From Octopus bimaculoides (lineage: Eukaryota): a DNA stretch of 43,740 bases. The DNA is taken from positions 39,420,627 through 39,464,366 of the forward strand of contig NC_068991.1 in the NCBI RefSeq assembly GCF_001194135.2, read 5' to 3'. The notes under the pieces are model-generated. The model did no database searches. It was given only the letters and a program-made list of their open reading frames with translations, and was not told the origin of the DNA. Each line of letters begins with the position of its first letter. Positions within the stretch are counted from its first letter, which is position 1. The position numbers and the translations under genes are program-made. Shown here piece after piece: positions 11,006 to 23,400 of this stretch.

Positions 11006-12114
11006 GTAAGTAGGACTTTTTTTGAAAGTTGTTATACTATTTTCTATTGAATTAAAAACAAATGAAATTAAATTTTATTTCCTTGGTATCATAGTCTTTA
11101 TTAGAACAATAGTAAAATCAGCTGAAAGTGATTAGACAATAAATATTAGTTAAACCTGCTAACGGCATAAGAAATGTAATTAAACTGATGGGCATAATAA
11201 TGCCATAGTCAGTTGCTGCAATGATAAATGGATTTCAAGTTAATGAACTATATGAAAGTGGTAAATTCATTAAAGATTTTACTCATGTCTGTTATCATGG
11301 TACTATATTACTACTCAGAACTCTGCAAATGGGATACTTGGAAAAAAATAAAGCACTCTTTGGAGTGTTGAGCTAATGAGATGTGGTATCTCATATGTTT
11401 TAATGTTGGCAGTGAGAAAGTTAGATATGTTGTGTATGTTGACAACAATAGTATTAATATTTGTTGTGGATTCATGAATACTAAATAACTTAGAATATAC
11501 AAGATAGTGAGCTTTGTTCATGGTATGTGCAATATTAATTTTAAGGCACAAGTTAGTTAAGAAAGTGATTGGGCTTTAGTAGTATTGGTTGATATAAAAT
11601 ATGAGAATGGATAATATTTACTTGTGACTTAATGTTGGCAAGTGATTATGATAGGGAGAGAGAAAAATCAGATTCCAGATCATTAGTAAATTATATAATG
11701 CAAGATATGAGGTGCATTTTTGCTGGTCTGTGCTGTTTCTTGTAGCATAAGAAAGCAATAAAGTAATGAATGCAATAAAGGTAAAATGTATCTAATTTTC
11801 TCACAGGAAAATAGTTTCTCCACCATTGTGTTTTCACAAACTTTTTTATAATGAAAATGGTCCTATCAGAAAAAAAAAGAAGAAAAAAAAGATGATAAAT
11901 GTATTATTCTATGATTGTTTGGGATTTGTCTTTAACCAATTCTGGAGAGTTATAATTGCTTTTAGGTATTATTTATTTTATCTGATAAGGGTTGTGATGA
12001 TGATAGAATAAGAAAAATGAGTTGGATTCTTTTCATGTTTCATGTTTGATATTTAATTGTTGTCAAATCAAACTCTGCCTTTCATTCATCTATACTTGAT
12101 TAAATAAATATTGA

Positions 12115-12325
12115 TTTCAAATTTTGGCACATGACCAGCAATTTTGGGGGAGGGGATCAGTTGATTACATTGACCCCAGTATTCAACTGGTACTAATTTT
12201 ATTGACCCCAAAAGGATGAAAAGCAAAGTCGGCCTCACTGGAATTTGAACTCAGAATGTAAAGATGGACGAAATGCCACTAAGCATTTTGCCCAGTGTGC
12301 TAACAATTCTGCCAGCCTGCCACCC
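12115..12325 (-). mobile_element. tRNA-derived SINE, head type H3
   Basis: Reverse complement of GGCAG(A)ATxGTTAG...CTGAGTTCAAATTCC...GCxTTTCATCCTTT.GGGGTC; related copies at 14.7 kb (+) and 19.8 kb (-). Confidence 0.8.
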
Positions 12326-12450
12326 TGTTACTAAATAGATATTAATAACATGTGATCAACTCATTTGGTGATTAGGCTTGTGTATAGTTCCACTTTTTTG
12401 GTTGCATTTGTAATGAATATATATTACCTATAATGTCTTAATTTTGAAAA

Positions 12451-12676
12451 TAACCCAGAAATTGGAGTTTAATCATATCCAGCCTGAATATTCTACTTAT
12501 TTTATGTTCAGACTGGCCAGATCCAGCTACTCACACCTATCCTACAATGTGATTCTAAAAATAAACAATCACATCATCAAAATATTGAAGCTACAAGATA
12601 ATGCATGGTCGATTCAAAACAATGTGAATAAATATGCATTACATTTAACAGAGTAATCTGACTGCTAAAGGGTTAA
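12451..12676. mobile_element. piggyBac-type MITE family A, copy 1 (left end eroded)
   Basis: Ends CTAAAGGG-TTAA; internal sequence colinear with 15431-15659. Confidence 0.75.
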
Positions 12677-13525
12677 GCAACAATCTATAACTTGGTATAT
12701 TAACATGGCGTTCAGAATACAACATAAAGAACTATTATTAACACTATTATAATGCAGATATCCCTTGTTACAGAAACATTGCATTCTTATTCTTAAAAAC
12801 CTTGCTGTAATGTGGAATTCTCTAACACAAGATTTATTTTTCTATTGATTTACTTCATCTAAATTATGAAGTGTTCTGTCAGCATGTTTCTGAAAAAGTA
12901 GTACAGTTATACACCTCATTTTCTAAATGAAAATACCAGTTTTTGAACAAAACAATACTGTATGTTGATACATGAAAGCATTTGAAGAAAATTACATTAC
13001 GGTAGAAATAAAAATTACTAATATTACTTAAGAGTTATGTATTCTCCTCAAAAGATGTGGACTTTCTGCAAAAAGTAGCAGTTTTCTTATTTTAGATGCA
13101 AAAATGGAATAGAGGAGAGATGTTGAAAATTGGGAAATTTATGAAGGAGAAAGTACTGTATAATTAAAGTTAGTAGTAAGACCCAGGTCAGTTGAGTTGG
13201 GGCAACATGGAAGACGGATGTTAAATAATGATGATGTCTTGCTACCTTCATGTCTTTATAAACTAGTTAATTGTTGTAGAAATAGTTAATATTAATCTTT
13301 ATTGTATTTAGTGTTAGGGATAAAATTGTATGTGCTACAATTGGTATTTTTTCTATGAAATTAGTAAATGCTTAATCATTAAAATAGATTTTCTTCAAAT
13401 TTGGAGAAAATTTCTTTGCTTTATTAATGAAGTATTTAATGTGTACATGCTAAAATTATCTTTATTATGTATAAAAATAGGAAAACTCAGTTTTTTGTTA
13501 TCGTAGAATGTAATTTCAATTTTAG

Positions 13526-13642
13526 GGATTAGATGACGAGCAGATGAAAACAGCAGCCATTGACATATTTTCCTATATAGTGGAGTTCAGTCCGTCCATG
13601 GTTCGTGAATTCATTCTTCTGGAAGGACAAAGTCAAGATGAT
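13526..13642 (+). CDS. PPP4R3: PPP4R3 coding exon (117 nt): [39 protein letters not shown]
   Basis: ttttag|GGA acceptor, GAT|gtaaga donor; conserved [17 protein letters not shown]. Confidence 0.96.
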
Positions 13643-13966
13643 GTAAGAAAATTTCCTTGTGAATTCAGCTTGCTTTGTTTCATAAATGTGAAGATTTTAT
13701 TACAATTTTATTTATAAAGAACGTTATTTCAGATATATAAATAACCAAAAAATTTTGGTATTTTTTTTTGTTTTTGTTTTTTAGGTAACAAAAGCTTTCA
13801 TGCTATAGTAAAATAATTTGTTCATAATATGCACTTATATTACTGATTCATAATGCTCATGTTTAAGAAATATTGATAGATATTTTAATGAAACAAAGTA
13901 GAATATTTGCCTGTGATATTGTGTTTAGAAAATGAGAATGTTTATATGGCAATTTTACTTTTTCAG

Positions 13967-14021
13967 GAAGACTTACTAATCAACTTGGTCATCGAACAGA
14001 TGATCAATGATACGGATCCAG
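13967..14021 (+). CDS. PPP4R3: PPP4R3 coding exon (55 nt): EDLLINLVIEQMINDTDP(E)
   Basis: tttcag|GAA acceptor, G|gtaaga donor (phase 1); conserved LLINxVIEQMIxDTDP. Confidence 0.96.
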
Positions 14022-14709
14022 GTAAGATCACTTTATAAAATTCTTTATATTTATTGCTTTAGTTATTAAACTTTCTTAATGACTTGTATTGCCTCTGATG
14101 TTCAGTTTGTTGCCCTTCCCACACCCCTGCCCCCCCGAATAAATCCATATTTTAATTTTTGCTTAGTCAGTAAATTTTTCTGCATGTGTATACGTTTTAG
14201 CATATTTTATTAGTACAGTGTAGAAGTTTTATGTGTATGTATGTTGCATGCTACAGTTTAGTTATTGTAATATATTTTTGTGTGTTGTTCCAATACTGGT
14301 GGTTTCACATCATGATTTAAAATGACAATCTGAGAAATATTTTTATTTTCATGGTTCTCTACTAAAAATTCAAAAAATATTTTTAATATGAGGATTATAA
14401 TTTCATACAGTTTCTAGGCAAAAATTGTGAAAGTGGTTTTGTCAGTTAAAGAAGCAGGATATTAATTGCTTAGATTATATTTCTAACTCCTAAATAGATG
14501 CTCTGAATTAACAGAACATGGTAAAAATGGAACTTTTCTTCAAGGAAGTATTTGTATTGTTCCTATTTGTGATCCTAATGTTATGAAGGCTTGCCCTTGT
14601 GGAACACAATGCCTTTCCTAATAAGCAAGGAGTTTTTTTCATCTTACTCTTTTTTTGAAGCTAGAAGTAGTGTTTAGTTATTGATAGTAAGCTTCCTTTG
14701 TTATTGTAT

Positions 14710-14904
14710 GGCTAGGCGAGCTGGCAGAATCGTTAGTACACCGGGCGAAATGCTTAGCGGTATTTCGTCTGCTGCTACATTCTGAGTTCAAATTCCGCCG
14801 AGGTCGACNNNNNNNNNNGGGGTCGATGTGATTGACTTAATCCCTTTGCCTGTCCTTGTTTGTCCCCTCTATGTTTAGCCCCTTGTGGGCAATAAAGAAA
14901 TAAA
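14710..14904 (+). mobile_element. tRNA-derived SINE, head type H3 (10-N gap at 14809-14818)
   Basis: GGCGAGCTGGCAGAATCGTTAG (box A-like), GAGTTCAAATTCC (box B-like), A-rich tail GGGCAATAAAGAAATAAA. Confidence 0.85.
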
Positions 14905-15430
14905 TATTTTAAATTAACTTCTACTTAACACATAGCAAAACCTTACAGCAAAACCTTTGCTGTATGTTAATGATTTTCTTGTACAAATTCTTTGTAGTGC
15001 TCAATATTTTAGAAGTGTATCAATATTTTATAATTAAAAGAACAAAATCAAGAGTCAACTTACAAGTTTTACACATTCAAATCAACTTACAAAACATGTA
15101 GCATTCACTTAACCATTTTAACAAGATCTTGCAAATGGATGAATGATGGTTAAGATGAATTGAGCTACTGGGTCAGTTTTCTAACAACAACCAAGAAACG
15201 ATCCTGCTCTGTTGGCCTTCCAGAGCTTGTTGCATCTTTTGTACTGCCATTACAGTTTTTGATGTTTTGAGAACATCTATTTTCTCAAAGCAGAATACTT
15301 TCGTCATGAAAATCCATGTGTTTTGTATAGTTTTAATAAAATTGTTACTATCTCTTAATTAAAAGATAAAAAACAAAAATAATGGTCATAGTTGATCTTT
15401 TCTTAGGCATCTCTATCAGAAGATTTAAGC

Positions 15431-15659
15431 TTAACCCTTTAGCATTTAAACCGGCCATATCCGGCCAAAAGTATTCTGCCTGTTTTATGTTCAAACTGGC
15501 CAGATCTGGCCTCTCACACCAACCCTACAATATTGTTTTAAAAATTAACAGCTACCTCATCAAGATCTCATAGCTACAAGATAATGCATGATTAGTTCAA
15601 AACAATGTGGATAAAAAAGCATTAATTTTGGCAGAATAATGCAAACACTAAAGGGTTAA
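15431..15659. mobile_element. piggyBac-type MITE family A, copy 2
   Basis: TTAA-CCCTTTAG ... CTAAAGGG-TTAA. Confidence 0.85.
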
Positions 15660-17535
15660 ATAAGACAAAAAAGATAGAAATTAAAAAGAAAATTGTAGAC
15701 AACAAAGTGTCACTTCTCTTTTCTATTTGAACTATGTGTGAGAAATTTGTTGAAAACTTTTCTCAAAGAAAATTTATCCAATTTTGAAATAATTCGAACA
15801 CTTTTATGTGTTCTTTTTTTAGTTTAAGATTTTAACCAACTTCTTTGGTTATTATTTACTTTTAGATTTCAGTATTTGTTTATGCCTTAGATTAAATTTA
15901 TATGGAGTAAAGTGATTAACATAAATTCTAGTTGAAATTTTATTAATACAGTAGTTTATTGAAAATTTATTATTTGCGTTTATAAACTGGAATTATTGGT
16001 AAGGTAACATTTCTAATTAGACTTTAAATCGCCAAATTTACCTCTTTTGGATATTTCAGCGAATTCATATGATTACAAGAAATAAAATCATTGTGTACAT
16101 AAGGTTTTAATATAAATTTTCTAATCTCTCTCTCTCTCTATCTCTCCTTCACACACACACACAAATAAAGTTTGTTAACTGAAATTTTCTATTTATTAAA
16201 CTGCTGTCTTTTTGATTGGCAATAAATCTGAAAGTAGCTGGTTTCTTTTCACTTTATATTTTGTTTTACTTAGAATGTTAGTGAATCTGTTTTAGATCAT
16301 TGGTATTGAACAATATTTGTCTTCTGAGAATGTCTTGGTTTATAAAAAAAAAAAGAAAGTTTTGATTTAAAGATATGAAATTATATATTTCTGATTTGTT
16401 ATTCTACTGTTCTTACCTCTCTTGTAGCTGATTTGGTTTAATTTTGAGTAGGTTTTATAAAAGAAGAAGAAGACAGCCTTTAGTGTTGGTGTTTGCTTTT
16501 CTATCCATGGTTAATGTAGGCTAGTTTATGTGTTTAATGTTTTTTCTTTTCTTTCTTTCCTCTTGTTGGTTAATTTTTATTTGTCCAAGATTGAGATATT
16601 TCCTCTGTTCATTCGCTCATAGAATTGAAAAGAAAGAGATGTCTCAAGAGTTCACGCCAGCCGTTAAATCATTTGTTGGTCAGTAGATGGGGTAAGATGA
16701 TCGATCTTTTCAATGTATATGATTTTCTTACTTTATTTTGGTAGATTTCTTGATGTTTCCATATAGATTCCTTTTGTACTTTTAGCGGGTTCTTAACAGA
16801 TCTCAGTAAAGTCTTCTTTCAGTGATGGCTGTTTAGAATTACTCAAAATTGTATATTTTATTATATGCTGAGGTTATTTAAGTAGTTGATTATTTTGTTA
16901 ATTTAGACAGTAATAGAAAAAAATTCAGTGTATTTCCTTAGTGCATGCAGTTGTTTACAATGACTAATTTATTTATCTTAGTTTTTATTTTTATTTTATT
17001 TTAATTTTAACCAATACTGGGCTGCTGATTTAATACTTTCATATTTAATGATTACTTGTGAAATAAAATGTTTAATTTCAACAACCTGTAAAAATGATAT
17101 AAATTGTATTAAAATAATGAAAATTCTATTAAATAACAAGAAAATTTATTGAAATTAGTTAACGAATAATACTTTTAAAAATATGTTTGAGAACTTTAGA
17201 ATAAGTTACATGAAATGTAATTAAAATGTGATCTCACATTATTTATTTGAACTTGGATTTGATGGAAAGTGTACTTTAGCTTTAGAAATTGATAATCTAT
17301 TTCACATACTTTGATACATTATTGAAACCTGAATAAAATTTGATTTAAATTGTTACTTTTTACTCTAGCAATACTTTATATCAGAAGTCTTTAATATATG
17401 ACTTGAAAATAGAATGTGTTGGACTACTGATTTATAATCAATAAGCTGATACACCTGCTGATAACATTATTACACTGTTTGACATGATATAATTGCAGAA
17501 AATAAGTCCGATTTGAAATTTATTGGCATGCAGCT

Positions 17536-17747
17536 TTAACCCTTTAGCATTCAGATTATCCTGTCAAATGTAATACTTATTTATTCACATTGTTTTAAAT
17601 TAATCATGCATTATCTTGAAGCTTTGAGACTGATGATCTGATTGTTTTTATAATGACATCATAAGGTAGGTGTGAGAGGCCAGATCTAGTTTGTCTGAAC
17701 AAAAAACAAAATTAAATATTTGGGCTGTTTAAATGCTAAAGGGTTAA
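17536..17747. mobile_element. piggyBac-type MITE family A, copy 3 (opposite orientation to copies 1, 2 and 4)
   Basis: Perfect 12-bp TIR CCCTTTAGCATT/AATGCTAAAGGG with TTAA on both sides; internal sequence is the reverse complement of copy 2. Confidence 0.88.
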
Positions 17748-19033
17748 AAAAATCTAATTGTTTTGATGCATGCAGTTATGTAAATTTTTGTTAGTCCCAC
17801 ACTACCAAATCTCATAAACCAACAAAACTTGACTAAGTTTGTTCTGCTATTACTACCACACTTACTTAGTCAATCCAGTTGGGTAAATGCTCGTAATGTT
17901 TCACCCTGTTCCAATTATGACCAAGTTTTCTAGTTCTTTTGCCATGGAAGTTTCTCCCAACCTTTCTTTAGTCTCAGTTCTGACAAATTTCAAAGTAGTG
18001 TCAGTAATCAGTTATTTTATTGTCCATACACATTAAATGTCACCTTAGACATTTTTCTCACACAAATTCAATTCTCTTTTTTAAATACTTCACTAAGTAT
18101 GATCACCATAGACATTAAATTACTAAGTATCTAAAGAATAATCCTTCCAATTTCTCTATCATGAGACAAATATGCTCAGCTATTATTGTCCACAAGGATT
18201 TCATATTGGCATAATGCAACAAATGGACTGCAGAATCAACTTCAATACGTGCTAGGTAACTTTATGTCGTACCTTAGATAGGTGAGATGTAGATATGACT
18301 ACAAAGAAATTATTGTATGTAATTACTTATAAAAGTATCTTGACTTTTCCTGCATTGGATTATAAAATCTGCAATATGGAATCAAGGTTAGAATCATCAG
18401 AAATGTCATTTCATATTCTGCTCTTGTTAACAAAATTTTATGATTGTGTGTGTATGTGCACACATACACACGAATACACATATACATACATACATGCATG
18501 TTACACTTCTGGCAAAGTTGTTTATTAATGGGCTCCACTCACTTGATTTATCATTGAAATTGCAGTTTGTTAGTGGTCCCCATCTCACCACTCTTTCAGC
18601 TTGCTTTACTAGACCTATTAGAATTATTTTTCTACTTCTTGTCTTCTTTTTTTCTCACTAGCATATAACAATCCCATCTATGCTGATTCAGTAATCTAAA
18701 AAAAGTCACTAAAATCTGTGAACTGCAATCTTCCTCCTTGACTATTTTCTGTGATAATGAGAAAGAGACTCTTGTTCTTTTTCTTTTTTCTTCTATTGCA
18801 ACATGAATAGTATGAAATTTACAAATTTTGAAATTATTTCATGAATTGTTCATTGAAACCTCTGAATGTCAACCCTCCACCTCACACATTAAATATACCA
18901 TTGGAGTTGTTTACGAATAAATTTTGTTAGGGAGAAACAGTTATATAAATTTTGGAGGTAGTCTTCTCTCACTTTTTACATTCTGTTATCATATTGCATT
19001 TCTTTTTATTATTTCTATAATATAATTATTACT

Positions 19034-19661
19034 TTGTGAATTATATTTGCCACCTAAATGTGACTGGCCCATATGGGACGATGTTACTGTTGTTTATAAC
19101 TCCAGGAAGATGATGGAACGATGATTTCCTTTCGCAAATACTGATCGGACACAGACTGTGTTGTTGTTAGCCAGCTGGAGGAGATGTCTTCCTGGGGCTA
19201 TAAACAACTGTAGCATCGTCCCATATGGGTCAGCCACATTTAGGTGGCAAATATACTTCATGATGTTGTGCTGCTACTGTTTACAACTCACTCAGAGATT
19301 TATTATTTCTTGTTTCTCCTTTTTCGAGATTAGCGAAGTTTGTCACTGGAAAAAGCATATAGTATTTTGCGTTTGGAATCAGTTCTCATCCTTAGCTGGT
19401 GATTGTCACACGCTGATGACGGGTTACTACCCAGAAACCCGGTCCGTGTGTGTCACATAAGGCTAGAGATGGGAACGATGATTTCCCTTTGCCAATACTG
19501 TTTGGACACAGACAGTGTGTCGTTAGCCAACTGGAGATGTCTTCCTGGGGCTATAAACAACAGTAGCATCGTCCCATATGGGTCAACCACATTTAGGTGG
19601 CAAATATACTTCATGATGTCATGCTGCTACTGTTTACATCTAGCTTAGAGATTTATTATTG
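19034..19661 (+). mobile_element. Hammerhead-containing retrozyme/Penelope-like repeat insertion (inverted arm plus about 1.5 tandem units)
   Basis: Direct repeats 19112-19307 and 19468-19660 (offset ~355 bp); inverted arm 19043-19110; flanking ATAATTATTACT at 19022-19033 and 19662-19673; hammerhead core at 19407-19450. Confidence 0.7.
19407..19450 (+). ncRNA. Minimal type I hammerhead ribozyme motif
   Basis: Stem I CACACG/CGTGTG (6 bp); core CTGATGA; stem II GGGT-TACT-ACCC with a closing C.A mismatch; GAAA; short near-palindromic stem III ACC-C-GGT; GUC cleavage triplet with H17 = C19444. Confidence 0.75.
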
Positions 19662-19751
19662 ATAATTATTACTCTTTCAACTGTAATTTTCAGAATTTTT
19701 GTTTGATTTCTAAACATTTTGAATGGGCAGAACATTTTGAATCTTTTTTTT

Positions 19752-19964
19752 TTTTTATTGCCCACAAGGGGACAAACGAAGATAAACAAAGGGATTAAGT
19801 CGATTACATCGACCCCAGTGCATAACTGGTACTTAATTTATCAACCCCGAAAGGATGAAAGGCAAAGTCGACCTTGGCGGAATTTGAACTGAGAACATTA
19901 ATGGTAGACAAAATACTGCTAAGCATTTCGCCCGGCGTATTAACACTTCTGCCAGCTCGCCGCC
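19752..19964 (-). mobile_element. tRNA-derived SINE, head type H3, with 13-bp TSD
   Basis: Reverse complement of the 14.7-kb copy; CATTTTGAATCTT at 19733-19745 and 19967-19979. Confidence 0.88.
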
Positions 19965-20009
19965 TTCATTTTGAATCTTGCTTAGATGTTTTGTATTAAT
20001 ATTTTAATA

Positions 20010-20229
20010 TTAAAGCTTTAGCATTTAAATTGGCCATATCCAGCCCAAATATTTTACTTGTTTTATGTTCAAACTAAGCAGATCCAGCCTCTCACACTTA
20101 CCCCACAATGTCATTGTAAAAATAATCAGTCACATCATCAAAATTTTAAAACTATGAGATAATGCATGATTAATTCAAAGCAATGTGAATAAATATGCAT
20201 CACATTTGACTGATCTTGCTAAAAGGTTA
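20010..20229. mobile_element. piggyBac-type MITE family A, copy 4 (degenerate ends)
   Basis: CTTTAGCATTTAAA...GCTAAAAGGTTA; colinear with copy 2. Confidence 0.75.
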
Positions 20230-20429
20230 TGTGAGCATTTTAGAGTAATATTTTACTGCTCAATCTCTCTGAATTATAATGAAGTATATTAAAAATGTAG
20301 AAGTTCTATAAGAGTTATTACAGGTTTTATGATTTTAATTTTTTTTTCTTAATTTTAAAAGCTGTTGTTGACACAAAAAGCTTGTTAAATGGTCTTTTTT
20401 TTGTATTGAAAATAAATTTTCTTTTTTAG

Positions 20430-20506
20430 AATTGGGTGGCGCAATGCAGTTGATGGCTATCATAAGATTATTGATTGATCCCGAGAATATGCTTGCCACA
20501 GCCAAT
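20430..20506 (+). CDS. PPP4R3: PPP4R3 coding exon (77 nt): (E)[25 protein letters not shown]
   Basis: ttttag|AA completes the GAA codon; AAT|gtatgt donor; conserved ELGGAxQL...LIDPENML. Confidence 0.96.
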
Positions 20507-21289
20507 GTATGTTTCTATTAAATATTTCTTTTGTTAATCATTCTTTTCATTGCCTTGATTGAAGAAAAGTTTTGGAATCCTATTTATTTTGAATGCTCTG
20601 ACAATAGTCTTTTCAATCATCTGATCAGTTTTTATTTTCCAGTATGAAAATTATGGTGTTCTTCAGAGTAGGATAGGTAGCAATAATGTGATATACACCA
20701 ATTAGACATATGGAAAAGATAATTATAGTATTCACTGCTCTACCACAAGAAGAAAAGTGGAACTTTCTATGTTACTCCTGTTATGAAGGATAAAATGTTT
20801 TATTGTTTTAAAGTTCCAGACAATAAACTTGAAAAAGGGGGAAAATAAAGAAAAGAAATATTAACATTTGTAATTTTGTGCTTTAGACATTCCAGTTCTT
20901 TGTTGCTATGTGGAAGACATAAGTTGCACCTTCATGAAAAGGCTATATATATTTTCCTTTTAAGCAGTTATAAAAAGAAAAAGAAGAGTGAGAATAAATT
21001 AAATCAGTATTCAAAACAAATTAGATATTTTTTCTCTCAAAATTAAAATGTGCATTAGAGCTAAAAATACAAAGAAATAATATTTAAGAATTTTTAAAAA
21101 GGAGGTAAACAATAATGCTCTGCTGCAATTTGTGTGTGTGTAAGTGTAAATGTGCCACCTTCCATGCTGGCATGGGTTGGGTGGGTTGCCACTGTTGGAA
21201 TCAACACATTTTAAGATATAACTAAGTTTGCTGTTTCAGATATTAAAGGATGTGGTGTAGATCAGAAGGAAGAGATGGTGCCTATAGTA

Positions 21290-22200
21290 TGTGAAGCTAT
21301 GGCACTGCTTCTTCTCAATTCCTCCAATATTGATAAGATTGATACTCAAGCTGATGATTGCAGATGCAGACATTTACAAGGAGGAAATTCCAGAGGGCTG
21401 ATATTTTAGAAAGGAATGACCGAGCAGAGTAGTTAATGTAGAGTCTGGAGTATCAATTATTTCAAAAAGAATTTTTATTATTGAGTGAAAACAAGATTGA
21501 CAGGAAGTCATTGTAGGATGTTGCTGTGACCTGTTTTCATGTAATCAGTGCAGATTATGCATTCAGATGTTTTGGGTGTATTAGATTAAAAAGAATGAAG
21601 AGTGGTTATGTAAGAGTGCTTGTTGTTAGATGTTTTGGTAAGTAATTGATGTATAACAGGAAAGCTGTGGCATACCAGAGTAGAAAGTTGGGTCAAAGAG
21701 ACAATTCCATCAGCACAGATTACGATAGGCCAATCTCATGGGAAACTACTGATCCATGGGATGAAAGGCAGCTGAAGCCCATAGTCAGGCAATTTTGAAT
21801 GCAACATAGTCAAAAAGTTTGCCGATGTTGAGGGCAACAACTCTACTGTCCTAAATTTCATTAGCTCAGGAGCACATTGGTGAATGATGTATGGGAGTAG
21901 TTTTGCAATAGATCTAGCGTTATGAAAACTGTACTGGTAGTCATTAATGAGAGAGAGATTGATTTGTGGTGTTGAATATTATTGTTAATGGTGGTCTCTG
22001 TTGCTTTTTAGTTGAGAAGTAAATGTGACAGAAGTTGGAGGGGTTGCACTTCTTGGGAATTAGAGATACTGTATTGCATTTCCACAAATTAAGATATATC
22101 CTTGTAAAGAGAGAGAATCAAGAGTTTAATAAGGGTGCAGTGAAGGCAATGGAAGAGACATTCTCATGGCTAGTGGTCTTGGTTTGAATTGACTGGAGGC
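21290..22200 (-). mobile_element. Highly decayed CR1/L2-group LINE reverse-transcriptase fragment
   Basis: Minus-strand segments VALNIGKLFDYV (LDISKAFDRV-like), WISSF, SGMPQ, FLLYINYL and LWNFL (LWNSLP-like); many frameshifts. Confidence 0.6.
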
Positions 22201-22233
22201 GCTTTTATACTTCATATGTATGTGTGATGGTGT

Positions 22234-22616
22234 GGAGGCGCAATGGCCCAGTGGTTAGGGCAGCGAACTCGCGGTCATAGGATTGCGGTTTCGATTCCCA
22301 AACTGGGTGTTGTGAGTGTTTATTGAGCGAAAACACCTAAAGCTCCACGAGGCTCCGGCAGGGGATGGTGGCGAACCCTGCTGTACTCTTCCACCACAAC
22401 TTTCTCTCACTCTTTCTTCCAGTTTCTGTTGTACCTGTATTTCAAAGGGCCAGCCTTGTCACACTGTGTCAAGCTGAATATCCCCGAGAACTACATTAAG
22501 GGTACACGTGTCTGTGGAGTGCTCAGCCACTTGCACGTTAATTTCACGAGCAGGCTGTTCCGTTGATCGGATCAACTGGAACCATCGACGTCGTAAGCGA
22601 CGGAATGCCAACAACA
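22234..22616 (+). mobile_element. tRNA(Arg)-derived SINE, head H2 plus tail T3 (possibly the octopus OR type)
   Basis: GGAGGCGCAATGGCCCAGTGGTTAGGGCAGCGAAC-TCG-CGGTC...GGTTTCGATTCCC (boxes A/B, TCG anticodon-like), followed by a ~310-bp non-tRNA body; the family name is from recall only. Confidence 0.85.
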
Positions 22617-23400
22617 TGTGAAGGTGGTGTTGAAAGGGGATAGATTTGGAGGGATTTACTCACATGCAACTTGAGGCTAGATTCTAAGTGAGCAGCAAAA
22701 CTGGTTGTTTTTTCTGTGGGAGTACTGGTTAGAAAATCACCTTGGTTGAGAGGAGAAGAAAAGAGAATGTGTAATGTCTGTGGAGATACTTTGGCAAATC
22801 ACTAAAAGGATCAGCTGCAGTTAAAGAGGTGGGGGAGCTGTTCAGTGCACTAAGACATCCTTTGTAGTTTGGATGAATTGTGCATTTGTAGAGATGGATG
22901 GTTCTCTTCAGTTGCTGTAGATCATGTTTTTAACCTGAACAGCTGTAGCACAGCTATGAATAAATCATTAGGGGACTAAGGAAGCAATCAATATAGTAGG
23001 AACACTAGCAATAGGGTTAATTTTAGAACCTAAGATTTTTGAACTTAACGCATTCTGTTCTGCTTCATTTCTCTCTTGATAACTTAAGATATTGTTTTAA
23101 AAATTATACTATAATCTTGAAATAATCATTAATTTATTGTATTCACTAGGAGTATTTGTGTTTTATATTATATTTGAATTATGCTGAATGTATTTACATG
23201 CAGAATAAAATTCGAGTTATTGTAATCATGTTTTGCTGTCATTTGGAAATCTACACATTTATTCACTATTTCACTGTAAATCATGTTTTATTGCAATTTG
23301 AATAAATTTTAAAGTTGAGGTGTGATTGTACAGAAACTAATATCTTGAAGTGAACATAATGGATAATATTTTAATAATAACTGTTTTATGTTTCTTTCAG

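Noticed and set aside
22234-22310. Functional tRNA-Arg(TCG) gene
   Set aside because: Acceptor and anticodon stems do not pair properly, and the sequence continues into a repeat body shared with another SINE
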